From Leptospira sp. (GTDB lineage: Bacteria; Spirochaetota; Leptospiria; Leptospirales; Leptospiraceae): a stretch of DNA of 64,000 nucleotides. The stretch lies in the NCBI GenBank assembly GCA_034439575.1, contig JAWXAQ010000027.1, forward strand, positions 32,001 to 96,000, read 5' to 3'. Made by a program: the position numbers and the translations under genes. The notes under the pieces were generated by a model. It was not told where the DNA came from. It worked only from the letters and a program-made list of their open reading frames with translations, and did no database searches. Shown one piece after another: positions 39,832 to 49,497 of the stretch (position 1 is its first letter; every line of letters starts with the position of its first letter).

Positions 39832-40794
39832 GTGAATATGTACAATTTTAAGAATTTTGAAGAAGTTTATAAGACGGTAAGGAATGTAACTGAGGCATTA
39901 GAATTTCCTCCTTATATTACCTTTGAATTAACTAGTTTTTGTAATTTAAAATGTGTTATGTGTTCGCATACATATATGGGTCGAAGTCAGAGTCATATGG
40001 ATTTTGAATTATTTAAAAAGGCAATAGATCAAATCGCCGTATATGGATCTGCTATACGTTTTATCGGTTTTTCTGAACCCTTTATGCATCCCAAAATTAT
40101 GGATGCAATTCGATATGTAAAATCTAAAGGATTGTTGTTGCATATAACAAATAACGGTACTGTTTTAAAAAAAGAGCAAATCGATCAACTATTGGAAATT
40201 GGCGTCGATTCAGTTATATTTTCCATGCAGGGTACAACTAAGGAAGAGTATGAAACAATTCGCCAGAACGATAAGTATGAGAAATTGATTGAGAATGCGA
40301 AAACGCTTTTCGAACGTCGTGGGAAAGATCGTAAGTCGCCTTCTATAAAGATTACAACAACGATCACAAGTCGCGATTCTGAAGAATCAGCTAAAGAATT
40401 TCTGCAGGCTCATGCTGCTTATACAGATGAAGTTCAGATTAGTGGATGGACTATTTTTTCAAGAGTATCAGGTGATTTTAATAGAAATGAAATTGCTAAT
40501 AATCTTGGTGTTTTACCATTTTCAAAAAATGAAAACGCTACATGTATGATACCATTGTATGAAATGTCTATTAATTCAAACGGTAAAGTTTCTCCTTGTT
40601 GTGATGATGCTGATGAATCTTTGGTCATCGGAGATATTAATAAACAATCGCTTTTGGAAATTTGGCATTCCGAAAAAATGAAAAATGTGAGAGACTTAAC
40701 AACTTCAGGAAAACTTGATGAATTGACAAACTGTGCAAATTGTCCTCAAAATTTTTCAGAAAGCCCTGTCTTTGCTGTTCATGATAAAAAATAG
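39832..40794 (+). CDS. Radical SAM protein with SPASM/twitch domain
   Basis: CNLKCVMC; C-terminal C....G.VSPCC.D...IGDI...SL.EIW...CANC. ATG at 39838 fits the GGAG RBS better. Confidence 0.88.
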   Translation: MNMYNFKNFEEVYKTVRNVTEALEFPPYITFELTSFCNLKCVMCSHTYMGRSQSHMDFELFKKAIDQIAVYGSAIRFIGFSEPFMHPKIMDAIRYVKSKGLLLHITNNGTVLKKEQIDQLLEIGVDSVIFSMQGTTKEEYETIRQNDKYEKLIENAKTLFERRGKDRKSPSIKITTTITSRDSEESAKEFLQAHAAYTDEVQISGWTIFSRVSGDFNRNEIANNLGVLPFSKNENATCMIPLYEMSINSNGKVSPCCDDADESLVIGDINKQSLLEIWHSEKMKNVRDLTTSGKLDELTNCANCPQNFSESPVFAVHDKK

Positions 40795-40811
40795 TTTAGG
40801 TAAAAAATACC

Positions 40812-41411
40812 GTGAATGAATATTTTGTTCATGAATCATCCTATATAGATGAAGGTGTGGAAATTGGATCAGGAACAAAAATTTGGCATTTTTGTCATGT
40901 ATTGTCTGGTTCAAAAATCGGAAGCAATTGTTCCTTTGGTCAAAATTGTGTCATTGGGCCAAAAGCACTCATTGGGAATGGTGTAAAAGTTCAAACAAAT
41001 ATATCCATCTATGAGGGAGTAGAAATAGAGGACGATGTATTTTTAGGGCCTTCCATGGTCTTTACTAATGTGATCAATCCCAGAAGTTTTATCGTTCGTA
41101 AAAGTGAGTATAAAAAAACAATTTTGAAAAAAGGTTGTACGGCTGGTGCAAATGTGACTATCATTTGCGGTGTTACGATCGGCGAATATGCTATGTTAGG
41201 CGCTGGATCAGTAATTACAAAAAATGTTAAACCTTTTGCTCTGATGGTTGGAAATCCAGCCAGGCAGGTAGGATGGATTAGTCGTTATGGAGAAAAGATG
41301 ATTTTACCTCTTAAAGGAAGTGGAAAATTTATTTGCCCTCATTTGGCTGATGAATACCAACTTGACGGTGAATATGTTTCTCTTATTGAAAATTCAAATA
41401 AAAAACTTTAA
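40812..41411 (+). CDS. Hexapeptide N-acetyltransferase (WbpD/WlbB-like)
   Basis: KIWHFCH, GQN, NISIYEGV, GPSMVFTNVINPRS, GNPARQVGW. Confidence 0.88.
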   Translation: MNEYFVHESSYIDEGVEIGSGTKIWHFCHVLSGSKIGSNCSFGQNCVIGPKALIGNGVKVQTNISIYEGVEIEDDVFLGPSMVFTNVINPRSFIVRKSEYKKTILKKGCTAGANVTIICGVTIGEYAMLGAGSVITKNVKPFALMVGNPARQVGWISRYGEKMILPLKGSGKFICPHLADEYQLDGEYVSLIENSNKKL

Positions 41412-41496
41412 TTCGTTTTCAATATGATAAGTGATTTTTTAACTCTAAAATAATATCTGTTTACTATATAAATTCAGGAATTAGCGCAAAGATAAT

Positions 41497-42129
41497 ATGA
41501 AACAAAAATCATTGGAATTCGCAAAAATATTTCTTTCTCAGATTAATAAATGTGTCAATGAAATAGATTTGGATTTGTTAGCTGATGTCGCCTTGGAGAT
41601 TTATCATGCAAAAGAAGCAGGCAAACAAATATTTTTCTTTGGAAATGGCGGTAGTCATAGTATAGCGACACATCTTGCCTGCGATTTAGGAAAAGGCACG
41701 AAAGTTAATGGAAAAATAAATCAAACATTTTATAAAGTTTTTGCTTTGGATAGTGAAGCTTGGCTAACCGCGCAAGCGAACGATGGTAAAGAACCTTTCA
41801 CTTTAGGAGATTATCCAGGAACATATAACCATGGTTATGATGGTATATTTGTTGGACAGATGGAAAATTTTATTCAAGAAGGTGATATTGCTTTTGGAAT
41901 TTCAAGTTCGGGTAACAGTCAAAACGTTTTAAATGCACTTTTATTTGCGAAAAAAAAAGGCGCTAAAACTATCGCCCTCGTAGGCTTTGATGGGGGAAAA
42001 GCAAAGACAATTGCAGAAAAAGCAATTCTTGTGAAGACAGAACCAGGCAATTACGGGATCGTAGAAGCCGTCCATGAAATAATTCATCATTATATTTATG
42101 AATTACTCAAAAGTTTTGAAAAACAATAA
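41497..42129 (+). CDS. SIS-domain phosphosugar isomerase (GmhA-like)
   Basis: FGNGGS, TA.AND, ISSSGNS.NV, GFDGG, VE..H. Confidence 0.85.
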   Translation: MKQKSLEFAKIFLSQINKCVNEIDLDLLADVALEIYHAKEAGKQIFFFGNGGSHSIATHLACDLGKGTKVNGKINQTFYKVFALDSEAWLTAQANDGKEPFTLGDYPGTYNHGYDGIFVGQMENFIQEGDIAFGISSSGNSQNVLNALLFAKKKGAKTIALVGFDGGKAKTIAEKAILVKTEPGNYGIVEAVHEIIHHYIYELLKSFEKQ

Positions 42130-42160
42130 ATACGAATAAATCCGGATATTTAAATCAAAT

Positions 42161-43150
42161 ATGAAATCAAAAATTATAGTCATAGGCAGTAATAGTTTTT
42201 CAGGAGCCTCATTCGTAGACTTTTGTGCAGAATCTGGTTTTGATGTAATTGCAATTAGTCGTTCCGAAGAGTATCCGAATGTTTTTTTACCTTACAAATT
42301 AAACAAAAGAAAAAATGTAACTTTCGTTAAAGCGGATTTAAATACTGATATTGATCTTATAGTTAAAACTATTAAAGATAATAAGGCCTCGCTCATCGTA
42401 AACTTTGCCGCGCAAGGGATGGTTGCTGAAAGTTGGCAAAATCCTATCCATTGGTTTAGAACAAATACTCTCTCACACATTAAATTGCATGATCAATTGA
42501 GAAATTTTGACTTTATTGAAAAATACGTACATATCTCAACTCCAGAAGTTTATGGAAATTGTGAGGGTATTGTTGATGAAACATATCCTTATAATCCGAG
42601 TACACCATATGCAACATCGAAGGCTGCTTGTGATATGAGTTTAAAAACTTTTTATAAAAACTATTCTTTTCCAGTTTGTTGGACCAGAGCAGCAAATGTT
42701 TACGGTGCTTGCCAAGCACTTTACAGAATTATTCCAAAAACAATACTCTCTGTTAAATTGGGAAAAAAATTACCTCTTCATGGTGGTGGGCATTCAATAC
42801 GTGCATTTATTCATATCCGTGATGTATGCGATGCTACACTTAAAATTTTATGCAATTCTGAACCTGGCGAAATATATCACTTATCCACGAGTCGCTTTAT
42901 TTCGATCAGGGATCTTGTGCGGATGATCACAGATTCGTTAGGTGTGGTATATGAAGATGCTGTTGAGATTGTTTCAGATCGTCCTGGAAAAGATTCAGCA
43001 TATACTTTATCTAGTGAGAAACTTCGTAAAACATTGTTATGGGAAGATAAAATATCTCTGGAGAATGGAATCAATGAGACTGTTCGATGGATATCGGATA
43101 ATCTCGATGAACTAAAATTTTTACCTGACTATTATATCCATAAAGAATAA
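42161..43150 (+). CDS. NAD-dependent sugar dehydratase/epimerase (RmlB-like extended SDR)
   Basis: GSNSFSG, FAAQGMVAESW, STPEVYG, PSTPYATSK, RAANVYG, DRPGKD. Confidence 0.85.
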   Translation: MKSKIIVIGSNSFSGASFVDFCAESGFDVIAISRSEEYPNVFLPYKLNKRKNVTFVKADLNTDIDLIVKTIKDNKASLIVNFAAQGMVAESWQNPIHWFRTNTLSHIKLHDQLRNFDFIEKYVHISTPEVYGNCEGIVDETYPYNPSTPYATSKAACDMSLKTFYKNYSFPVCWTRAANVYGACQALYRIIPKTILSVKLGKKLPLHGGGHSIRAFIHIRDVCDATLKILCNSEPGEIYHLSTSRFISIRDLVRMITDSLGVVYEDAVEIVSDRPGKDSAYTLSSEKLRKTLLWEDKISLENGINETVRWISDNLDELKFLPDYYIHKE

Positions 43151-43213
43151 GAAAAATGAATATAGATTCTAATTTTAAAGAAATAAATTAATAAAAGAGA
43201 AAAAGATATTAAT

Positions 43214-44164
43214 ATGAAAAAAATATTGTTAACGGGCGCTTGTGGGTATGTTGGGACTTTATTAACCAAAGTTTTGTTAAATGAAGGACACTCAGTTATC
43301 GGAGTTGATACTATGTGGTTCGGAAATTTTCTGCCAGAACATCCAAATCTGAAATTAATCAATTCTGATATACGCGATATTGATAACATTCCGATGGATG
43401 GAGTAGATATCATAATACATTTGGCAAATATTGCGAATGATCCTACTGGTGATTTGAATTCAAAAATGACTTGGGAAGTCAATGTTTTGGCTTCTATGTT
43501 ATTAGTAGAAAAAGCAATTAAGAATAAAGTAGGCCAATTTATATTTGCAAGTTCAGGAAGCGTTTATGGTGTCAAAGAGGAGCCTGAAGTAACTGAAGAT
43601 TTGGAATTGATTCCAATAAGTGATTATAACAAAACAAAAATGATAAGCGAAAGAGTTTTACTTAGTTATCGTGATCAAATTTGTGTTCAATGTATTCGAC
43701 CGGCAACAGTTTGTGGTTACTCTCCTCGTATGCGATTGGATTTGTCCGTTAATATGTTGACTATGCAAGCGATTAAGAATAAAAAAATCACTGTATTTGG
43801 CGGAAATCAAACTCGTCCGAATATCCATATAGATGATTTGGTCAGAGTGTATTTGCATTTTATTTCTAAGGGTACAAATCTATCTGGCATATTTAACGCA
43901 GGATTTGAAAACATTTCTATATTAGAAATTGCGAATAGAGTCACAAAACATGCACCAGCGGAAATTATTGTAAGTGAGTCAAATGATCCAAGGTCTTACA
44001 GACTAAATTCAGACAAATTAATAAAGTCAGGATTCAATCCTCAAAAAACAGTAGAAAACGCTATTAAAGAAGTGATTCAAGCATTTCAAGAAGGTATACT
44101 TGTTGATGATGAAAAATTCTACAATGTTAAAATGATGGTTAAGTTAAATTTAAACGGCAAATAG
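43214..44164 (+). CDS. NAD-dependent epimerase/dehydratase (extended SDR)
   Basis: TGACGYVG, HLANIANDP, ASSGSVYG, YNKTK, RPATVCG.SPRMRLDL. Confidence 0.87.
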   Translation: MKKILLTGACGYVGTLLTKVLLNEGHSVIGVDTMWFGNFLPEHPNLKLINSDIRDIDNIPMDGVDIIIHLANIANDPTGDLNSKMTWEVNVLASMLLVEKAIKNKVGQFIFASSGSVYGVKEEPEVTEDLELIPISDYNKTKMISERVLLSYRDQICVQCIRPATVCGYSPRMRLDLSVNMLTMQAIKNKKITVFGGNQTRPNIHIDDLVRVYLHFISKGTNLSGIFNAGFENISILEIANRVTKHAPAEIIVSESNDPRSYRLNSDKLIKSGFNPQKTVENAIKEVIQAFQEGILVDDEKFYNVKMMVKLNLNGK

Positions 44165-44165
44165 T

Positions 44166-44825
44166 ATGGGAAAAGAAATCGACCTTCTAATAAATTACCC
44201 TAAAACTAATAGAAATGTAAATGAAAGAGGTGCTGAAAAAACCGAAGAAGATCGGGCCATCGCCAGAAAATTTGATAAGGAATTTTTTGATGGTGATAGA
44301 CGAACCGGCTATGGCGGTTTTAATTATATGCCAAGATTTTGGCAGCCAGTAATCCCTACCTTTAAAGAATATTGGAATTTAACGGCGGATAGTTCCGTTT
44401 TAGATGTTGGATGCGCAAAAGGGTTTATGTTGTATGATTTATCTCTCCTTATCCCAGGTATAAAAGTAAAAGGCATTGATGTTTCAAACTATGCGATCGA
44501 AAATGCGAAAGAAGAAATTAAACAGAATCTCGAAGTAGCGGATGTTAGAAGTCTTCCTTTCGAAAATGATTCTTTTGACGTTGTCATTTCCATAAATACT
44601 GTCCATAATTTAGAAAAAGATGATCTTGCAATAGCCCTGCAAGAAATCGAACGCGTCAGCCGTGGCAAAAGTTTTATTACAGTCGATGCATTTCGCAATG
44701 ATGAAGAACAACAGAGAATGAATGCTTGGAATCTGACGGCAAAAACAATTATGAGTGTAGATGATTGGGTTAAGTTTTTTAAAGAAGTTGGCTATACTGG
44801 TGATTACTTTTGGTTTATCCCCTAA
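44166..44825 (+). CDS. Class I SAM-dependent methyltransferase
   Basis: FFDGDRRTGYGG, LDVGCAKGF, GIDVS.YA, LPF....FD.VISIN. Confidence 0.88.
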   Translation: MGKEIDLLINYPKTNRNVNERGAEKTEEDRAIARKFDKEFFDGDRRTGYGGFNYMPRFWQPVIPTFKEYWNLTADSSVLDVGCAKGFMLYDLSLLIPGIKVKGIDVSNYAIENAKEEIKQNLEVADVRSLPFENDSFDVVISINTVHNLEKDDLAIALQEIERVSRGKSFITVDAFRNDEEQQRMNAWNLTAKTIMSVDDWVKFFKEVGYTGDYFWFIP

Positions 44826-44846
44826 TATTTTTGGATCCGCATAACA

Positions 44847-45812
44847 ATGATTGAAGATTTAAATATTCTCCTACTTCGCTCTATGATGAAAATTAGAATC
44901 GTAGAAGAGATGATAGCTGAAAGATATAACGAAGGTAAAATGAGATGTCCTACTCATTTAAGCATTGGACAGGAAGCTGTATCTGCCGCTGTGGGTTTAG
45001 CTCTTAGAAAGGATGATTTTGCAGTCAGCACACACCGGGCTCACGGTCATTATTTAGGGAAAGGCGGCGATCTAAATCGAATGATCGCTGAGATTTATGG
45101 TAAAGAAACAGGATGCAGCGCGGGTAAGGGTGGCTCTATGCATCTAATCGATACATCTGTCGGATTTATGGGGAGCACCGCTATCGTTGGAAACACGATA
45201 CCAGTTGGGGTCGGACTTGGTCTTTCGATTCGGCTAAACGCGACTGATCAAGTTAGTTGCGTTTTTCTCGGTGATGGTGCCATTGAAGAAGGCTCGTTTT
45301 ATGAGTCTGTTAACTTTGCTGTTCTAAAGAATTTACCCGTAATTTTTATATGCGAAAATAATTTTTATTCAGTATATACACCACTTATAAAAAGACAACC
45401 TCCTGGTCGAAAAATACATGCTATGGTGCGCGAGATGGGAATTGATATTTCCTTTGGCGATGGAAATGATATATTGGCAGTTTATAATAAACTAAAAGAA
45501 ATTATTACTTCCATGAGAACCAATCCGAGACCATTTTTTTTTGAACTAACTACGTATAGGTGGAGAGAACATTGCGGCCCAAATTTTGATAATCATATTG
45601 GATATAGATCGGAAGAAGAATTTCAGCTCTGGAAAGAAAGAGATCCGATTCGAATATTTCAAGATAAGTTAATTTCATCATCTTCATTATCAACGAAAGT
45701 TATAGACCAATTAAATCTTGAATTAACTTTAGAAGCACAAAAAGCATTTGAATTTGCAGAAAATTCTCCATACCCTCACGAGAGAGAAATTTTCACTCAC
45801 GAGTATAAGTAA
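44847..45812 (+). CDS. ThDP-dependent dehydrogenase E1 alpha-like subunit
   Basis: HLSIGQEA, HRAHGH, GKGGSMH, GDGA...ENN ThDP motif, YRWREH. Confidence 0.92.
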   Translation: MIEDLNILLLRSMMKIRIVEEMIAERYNEGKMRCPTHLSIGQEAVSAAVGLALRKDDFAVSTHRAHGHYLGKGGDLNRMIAEIYGKETGCSAGKGGSMHLIDTSVGFMGSTAIVGNTIPVGVGLGLSIRLNATDQVSCVFLGDGAIEEGSFYESVNFAVLKNLPVIFICENNFYSVYTPLIKRQPPGRKIHAMVREMGIDISFGDGNDILAVYNKLKEIITSMRTNPRPFFFELTTYRWREHCGPNFDNHIGYRSEEEFQLWKERDPIRIFQDKLISSSSLSTKVIDQLNLELTLEAQKAFEFAENSPYPHEREIFTHEYK

Positions 45813-45813
45813 T

Positions 45814-46872
45814 ATGAGTAGACCAATATTATATTCAGAAGCTATCAATGAAGCACTTTTTGTTGCTATGGAAAAAGACCAAAAAGTAATCAAATTTGGG
45901 TTAGGTGTTGATGATCCGAAGGGTGTATTTGGGACGACACTAGGTTTACAAGAAAGATTTGGTAGCGAACGGGTTTTTGATATGCCAACATCGGAAAATG
46001 GCATGACTGGAATAGCAATTGGTGCCTCACTGAATGGAATTCGTCCAGTGATGACACACCAGCGTTTAGATTTTTTTCTTTTGGCTTTGGATCAATTGGT
46101 GAATAATGCAGCTAAGTGGCATTTTATGTTTGGTGGTCAATCTTCTATACCTATTACCATTCGTTTGATCCTTGGACATGGATGGGGACAAGGACCTACT
46201 CATTCTCAAAATTTGCAATCTTGGTTCGCCCATATTCCTGGTCTAAAGGTTGTTATGCCAACAACGGCGGCAGACGCTAAAGGTTTGCTTTTATCTTCCA
46301 TTTTTGATGAGAACCCAGTTGTATTTCTAGAGCACCGATGGCTCCATAATACAATAGGTGAAGTGCCTGAGGGTGATTTTCGTATTCCGATTGGAAAAGC
46401 CAATTTACTTAAAACGGGATCTGATATTACAATTGTTTCAATGTCGTATATGACTATCGAAGCTCTACATGCAATTGAATACTTAGAATTAAATAATATT
46501 AGTTGTGACTTAATTGATTTAAGAACGGTTCGTCCAATTGATTGGGAATTAATATTTAATTCAGTAGGTAAAACTGGAAGACTTTTGGTTTTAGATACTG
46601 CATCAGAATTTTGTTCCGTTTCAAGTGAAATAGTAGCTACCGTAGTTTCCAAGTTATTTGGAAAATTAAAACAGGCCCCAATGCGGATCGCACAACCGGA
46701 CAAAGCATCACCTACCAGTTTTGAATTAACAAAACACTATTATCGTAGGGCTGAAGACATTTTTAAAACAGTTGGTGAAATGTTAGGTGTAGATTTAGAT
46801 ACTTCTGACATAATAAATAGTAGAAAATTTCCTCACGATGTTCCTGGGGATTGGTTCAAAGGTCCCTTCTGA
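45814..46872 (+). CDS. ThDP-dependent dehydrogenase E1 beta-like subunit (transketolase C-terminal fold)
   Basis: DMPTSENG, DQLVNNAAK, QGPTHSQ, PGLKV, DLRT. Start placed at ATG 45814, just after the alpha-subunit stop, instead of the track's 45748. Confidence 0.9.
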   Translation: MSRPILYSEAINEALFVAMEKDQKVIKFGLGVDDPKGVFGTTLGLQERFGSERVFDMPTSENGMTGIAIGASLNGIRPVMTHQRLDFFLLALDQLVNNAAKWHFMFGGQSSIPITIRLILGHGWGQGPTHSQNLQSWFAHIPGLKVVMPTTAADAKGLLLSSIFDENPVVFLEHRWLHNTIGEVPEGDFRIPIGKANLLKTGSDITIVSMSYMTIEALHAIEYLELNNISCDLIDLRTVRPIDWELIFNSVGKTGRLLVLDTASEFCSVSSEIVATVVSKLFGKLKQAPMRIAQPDKASPTSFELTKHYYRRAEDIFKTVGEMLGVDLDTSDIINSRKFPHDVPGDWFKGPF

Positions 46873-46905
46873 TATGAATGTATTTTATTAATTAAAAAAA
46901 TAAGA

Positions 46906-48678
46906 ATGAAGTTATCTGATTATATAATAGATTTTCTCGCCAAAAAGAATGTGACTCATTTTTTTGGAATGTCTGGTGGTGCAGCAGTTCATTTGTTTGA
47001 TTCTGTATCAAAACATAAAGATACTCATTATGTTTGTTCTCAACATGAGCAATCAGCAGCAATTTCTGCCGATGGATATGCACGAGTTACTGGAAAATTG
47101 GGTGTAGCAATTACGACTAGTGGTCCTGGTGCAACTAATCTTTTAACGGGCGTATGTTGTTCTTATTATGATTCTATACCCACGCTAATGTTAACAGGAC
47201 AGGTTTCTAGACAAAGATTAAAGAAAGATTTAAAAGTTAGGCAACTTGGTTTCCAAGAAACAGATATCGTCGATATTTTCCGATCTGTTACTAAATACTC
47301 TGCTCAAGTTCTTGATCCTGGGTCCATTCGATATCATTTAGAAAAAGCATATTATTATGCCTTTGAAGGAAGACCAGGATCCGTATTACTTGATATTCCT
47401 GATGATTTGCAACGTGTAGAGATTAATCCTGATGAACTTCAAGGTTTTTCACCGGATAAAATAGAATATGATTTTTCAAAGATAAATGTACAAATTAAAG
47501 AATTGTTAGAATTAATAAAATTAAGCAAACGTCCAATTATTGTGTTAGGTGGTGGATTAAATACTCCTAGAATCGACTCAAAAAAACTTGAGAATATAAT
47601 AAATATTTTAAAGATTCCTGTATTATGTTCATGGGCTGGTGTTGATACGATTGAAGGAGAAAATCCATATAACATTGGAACATTTGGTGTTTATGGTCCA
47701 AGGTTTGGAAATTTTGCGATACAAAATTCTGATTTGATTATTAGTTTAGGTTGTCGATTATCTCAAAATTTAACAGGAGGAATACTATCTTCCTTCGCAA
47801 CTGAAGCAAGGATTATAATGGTTGATGCTGATAAAGCAGAATTAGATAAATTTGATAATCGTGGCATTGATATACATCATAGAATTCAATCATCCTTGGA
47901 TTTATTTATCAATTCATTACTTCCTGAGCTAAAAGACTATGCAGAGAATTTTCAAGAATGGTTAACGAAAGTTAAATTTTGGAAAGAAAAATTTCCGCTC
48001 ACACGACAAACTATAAAAACAAATAACCATGTTGATGCGTATGAATTCGTGGCAAAACTATCAAAGTATGCATCTCCAGGAGAAAAAATATTTGTAGATA
48101 CTGGTGGGAATTTAACTTGGACTTTGAATCAATGGAAAGTTAAAAAAGACCAAAGAATTATTTCTGCATGGAATAATACTCCTATGGGTTATTCTTTGCC
48201 AGCGAGCATTGGAGCAGCATTTGCAAATTCTCAAGACTCTATAACATGTATAATCGGGGATGGTGGATTAATGATTTGTCTCTCCGAGTTGGCGACTCTT
48301 TTGAAGCATAAATTGAATATTAAGGTATTCTTATTTAATAATCATTCGCACGGTATACAAAAGCAGACTCTTCAAACTTGGTTAAATGGTAATTATGTGG
48401 GAGTCGATCCAGACTCAGGATTAGCATTTCCTGATTTTAAAAAAGTAGCTACAGCATTCGATCTACAATTATTTGATATTTATAATGAAGATGACTTAGA
48501 TCAGAATCTTCAAGAAATTTATAAAATCAAAGGGCCAGTTTTCTGTAATGTGGAAATTAACCCAGATCAAAAATTATATCCTGTAGTAAAGTTTGGTGCC
48601 GCACTCGAAAACCAACTTCCACAACTAGATGAAGAAATAATTAAATCTGAAATGATTGTTAAACCTTTTAATTTATAA
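46906..48678 (+). CDS. ThDP-binding acetolactate-synthase-like enzyme (YerE-like candidate)
   Basis: HEQSAA..ADGYAR, TSGPGATN, GQV, GFQE, MGYSLP, GDGG...NN. Confidence 0.88.
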   Translation: MKLSDYIIDFLAKKNVTHFFGMSGGAAVHLFDSVSKHKDTHYVCSQHEQSAAISADGYARVTGKLGVAITTSGPGATNLLTGVCCSYYDSIPTLMLTGQVSRQRLKKDLKVRQLGFQETDIVDIFRSVTKYSAQVLDPGSIRYHLEKAYYYAFEGRPGSVLLDIPDDLQRVEINPDELQGFSPDKIEYDFSKINVQIKELLELIKLSKRPIIVLGGGLNTPRIDSKKLENIINILKIPVLCSWAGVDTIEGENPYNIGTFGVYGPRFGNFAIQNSDLIISLGCRLSQNLTGGILSSFATEARIIMVDADKAELDKFDNRGIDIHHRIQSSLDLFINSLLPELKDYAENFQEWLTKVKFWKEKFPLTRQTIKTNNHVDAYEFVAKLSKYASPGEKIFVDTGGNLTWTLNQWKVKKDQRIISAWNNTPMGYSLPASIGAAFANSQDSITCIIGDGGLMICLSELATLLKHKLNIKVFLFNNHSHGIQKQTLQTWLNGNYVGVDPDSGLAFPDFKKVATAFDLQLFDIYNEDDLDQNLQEIYKIKGPVFCNVEINPDQKLYPVVKFGAALENQLPQLDEEIIKSEMIVKPFNL

Positions 48679-48679
48679 A

Positions 48680-49480
48680 ATGCAGGATTCAATTTTAATT
48701 ATCGGAATTAGTAGTGATATTGGAATCAATCTTGCTAAATTATACCAAGAGAAGGGATACCAAGTTTATGGCACTGCAAGAGATTCTTCTCAGATCAACA
48801 CAATAGAAAATACAAAGATATTCAATCTTGATTTTTCAAAGCCCGAAAGTATTTCGGATTGCGCTAAACTTATTTTAAATGATGGAATCACATTTTCAAA
48901 GGTGATTTTTTCTATCGGTTTACTCAGTCCGATCGGGAATTTTTTTGATTTAGACTTTGATGAGTGGCAGGCATCCTTCGCGATCAATTCATTGCATCAA
49001 TTAAAGTTTCTGCATATTTTAAGACCTTTACTATCGCAAGGCAGTTCCGTTATTTTTTTTCACGGCGGGGCACCTAACGGTGTGCTGGTTAATTATTCAG
49101 CATATAGTTTGGCAAAGGTCACTTTGGCAAAATTTGTAGAATACTTAGATGCAGAGGATTCTGGAGTGAGTTATTTTATTCTCGGTACAGGTTGGGTTAG
49201 AACGAAACTTCATAATCAATCGATAGACGCAGGATCAAAGGCGGGGATTAATTTTTCTAGAACTAAAGAATTCTTGGAAAATGATCATAAGGGAACAAGT
49301 TTTCAGGAAATTTTTGATTGCATTAATTGGTTTTCTGAAAAGGGAAAAAAGGTTGCAGGTGGTCGCAATTTTTCAATCGTTTCTGATGCCTGGGGCGATA
49401 AATCTGACAAGTCTAGTGCCTTAGTTGACGAATTGATACTCGATGCTGATATGTATAAGTTAAGACGATATAAAAATTAA
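48680..49480 (+). CDS. SDR family oxidoreductase
   Basis: IIGISSDIG, YSAYSLAK (YxxxK), GWVRTK. Start placed at ATG 48680. Confidence 0.8.
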   Translation: MQDSILIIGISSDIGINLAKLYQEKGYQVYGTARDSSQINTIENTKIFNLDFSKPESISDCAKLILNDGITFSKVIFSIGLLSPIGNFFDLDFDEWQASFAINSLHQLKFLHILRPLLSQGSSVIFFHGGAPNGVLVNYSAYSLAKVTLAKFVEYLDAEDSGVSYFILGTGWVRTKLHNQSIDAGSKAGINFSRTKEFLENDHKGTSFQEIFDCINWFSEKGKKVAGGRNFSIVSDAWGDKSDKSSALVDELILDADMYKLRRYKN

Positions 49481-49497
49481 TCTTTAAGAGTTTATAA

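Noticed and set aside
46206-46703. Minus-strand and nested ORFs in the track (e.g. 46206-46703, 52578-53072, 61875-62330, 63409-63825, 62983-63381)
   Set aside because: All overlap well-supported plus-strand genes, have no recognisable motifs and look like antisense shadows.
44847-48678. Housekeeping pyruvate dehydrogenase and acetolactate synthase
   Set aside because: No E2/E3, ilvN/ilvH or ilvC is adjacent, and the genes are embedded among NDP-sugar genes.
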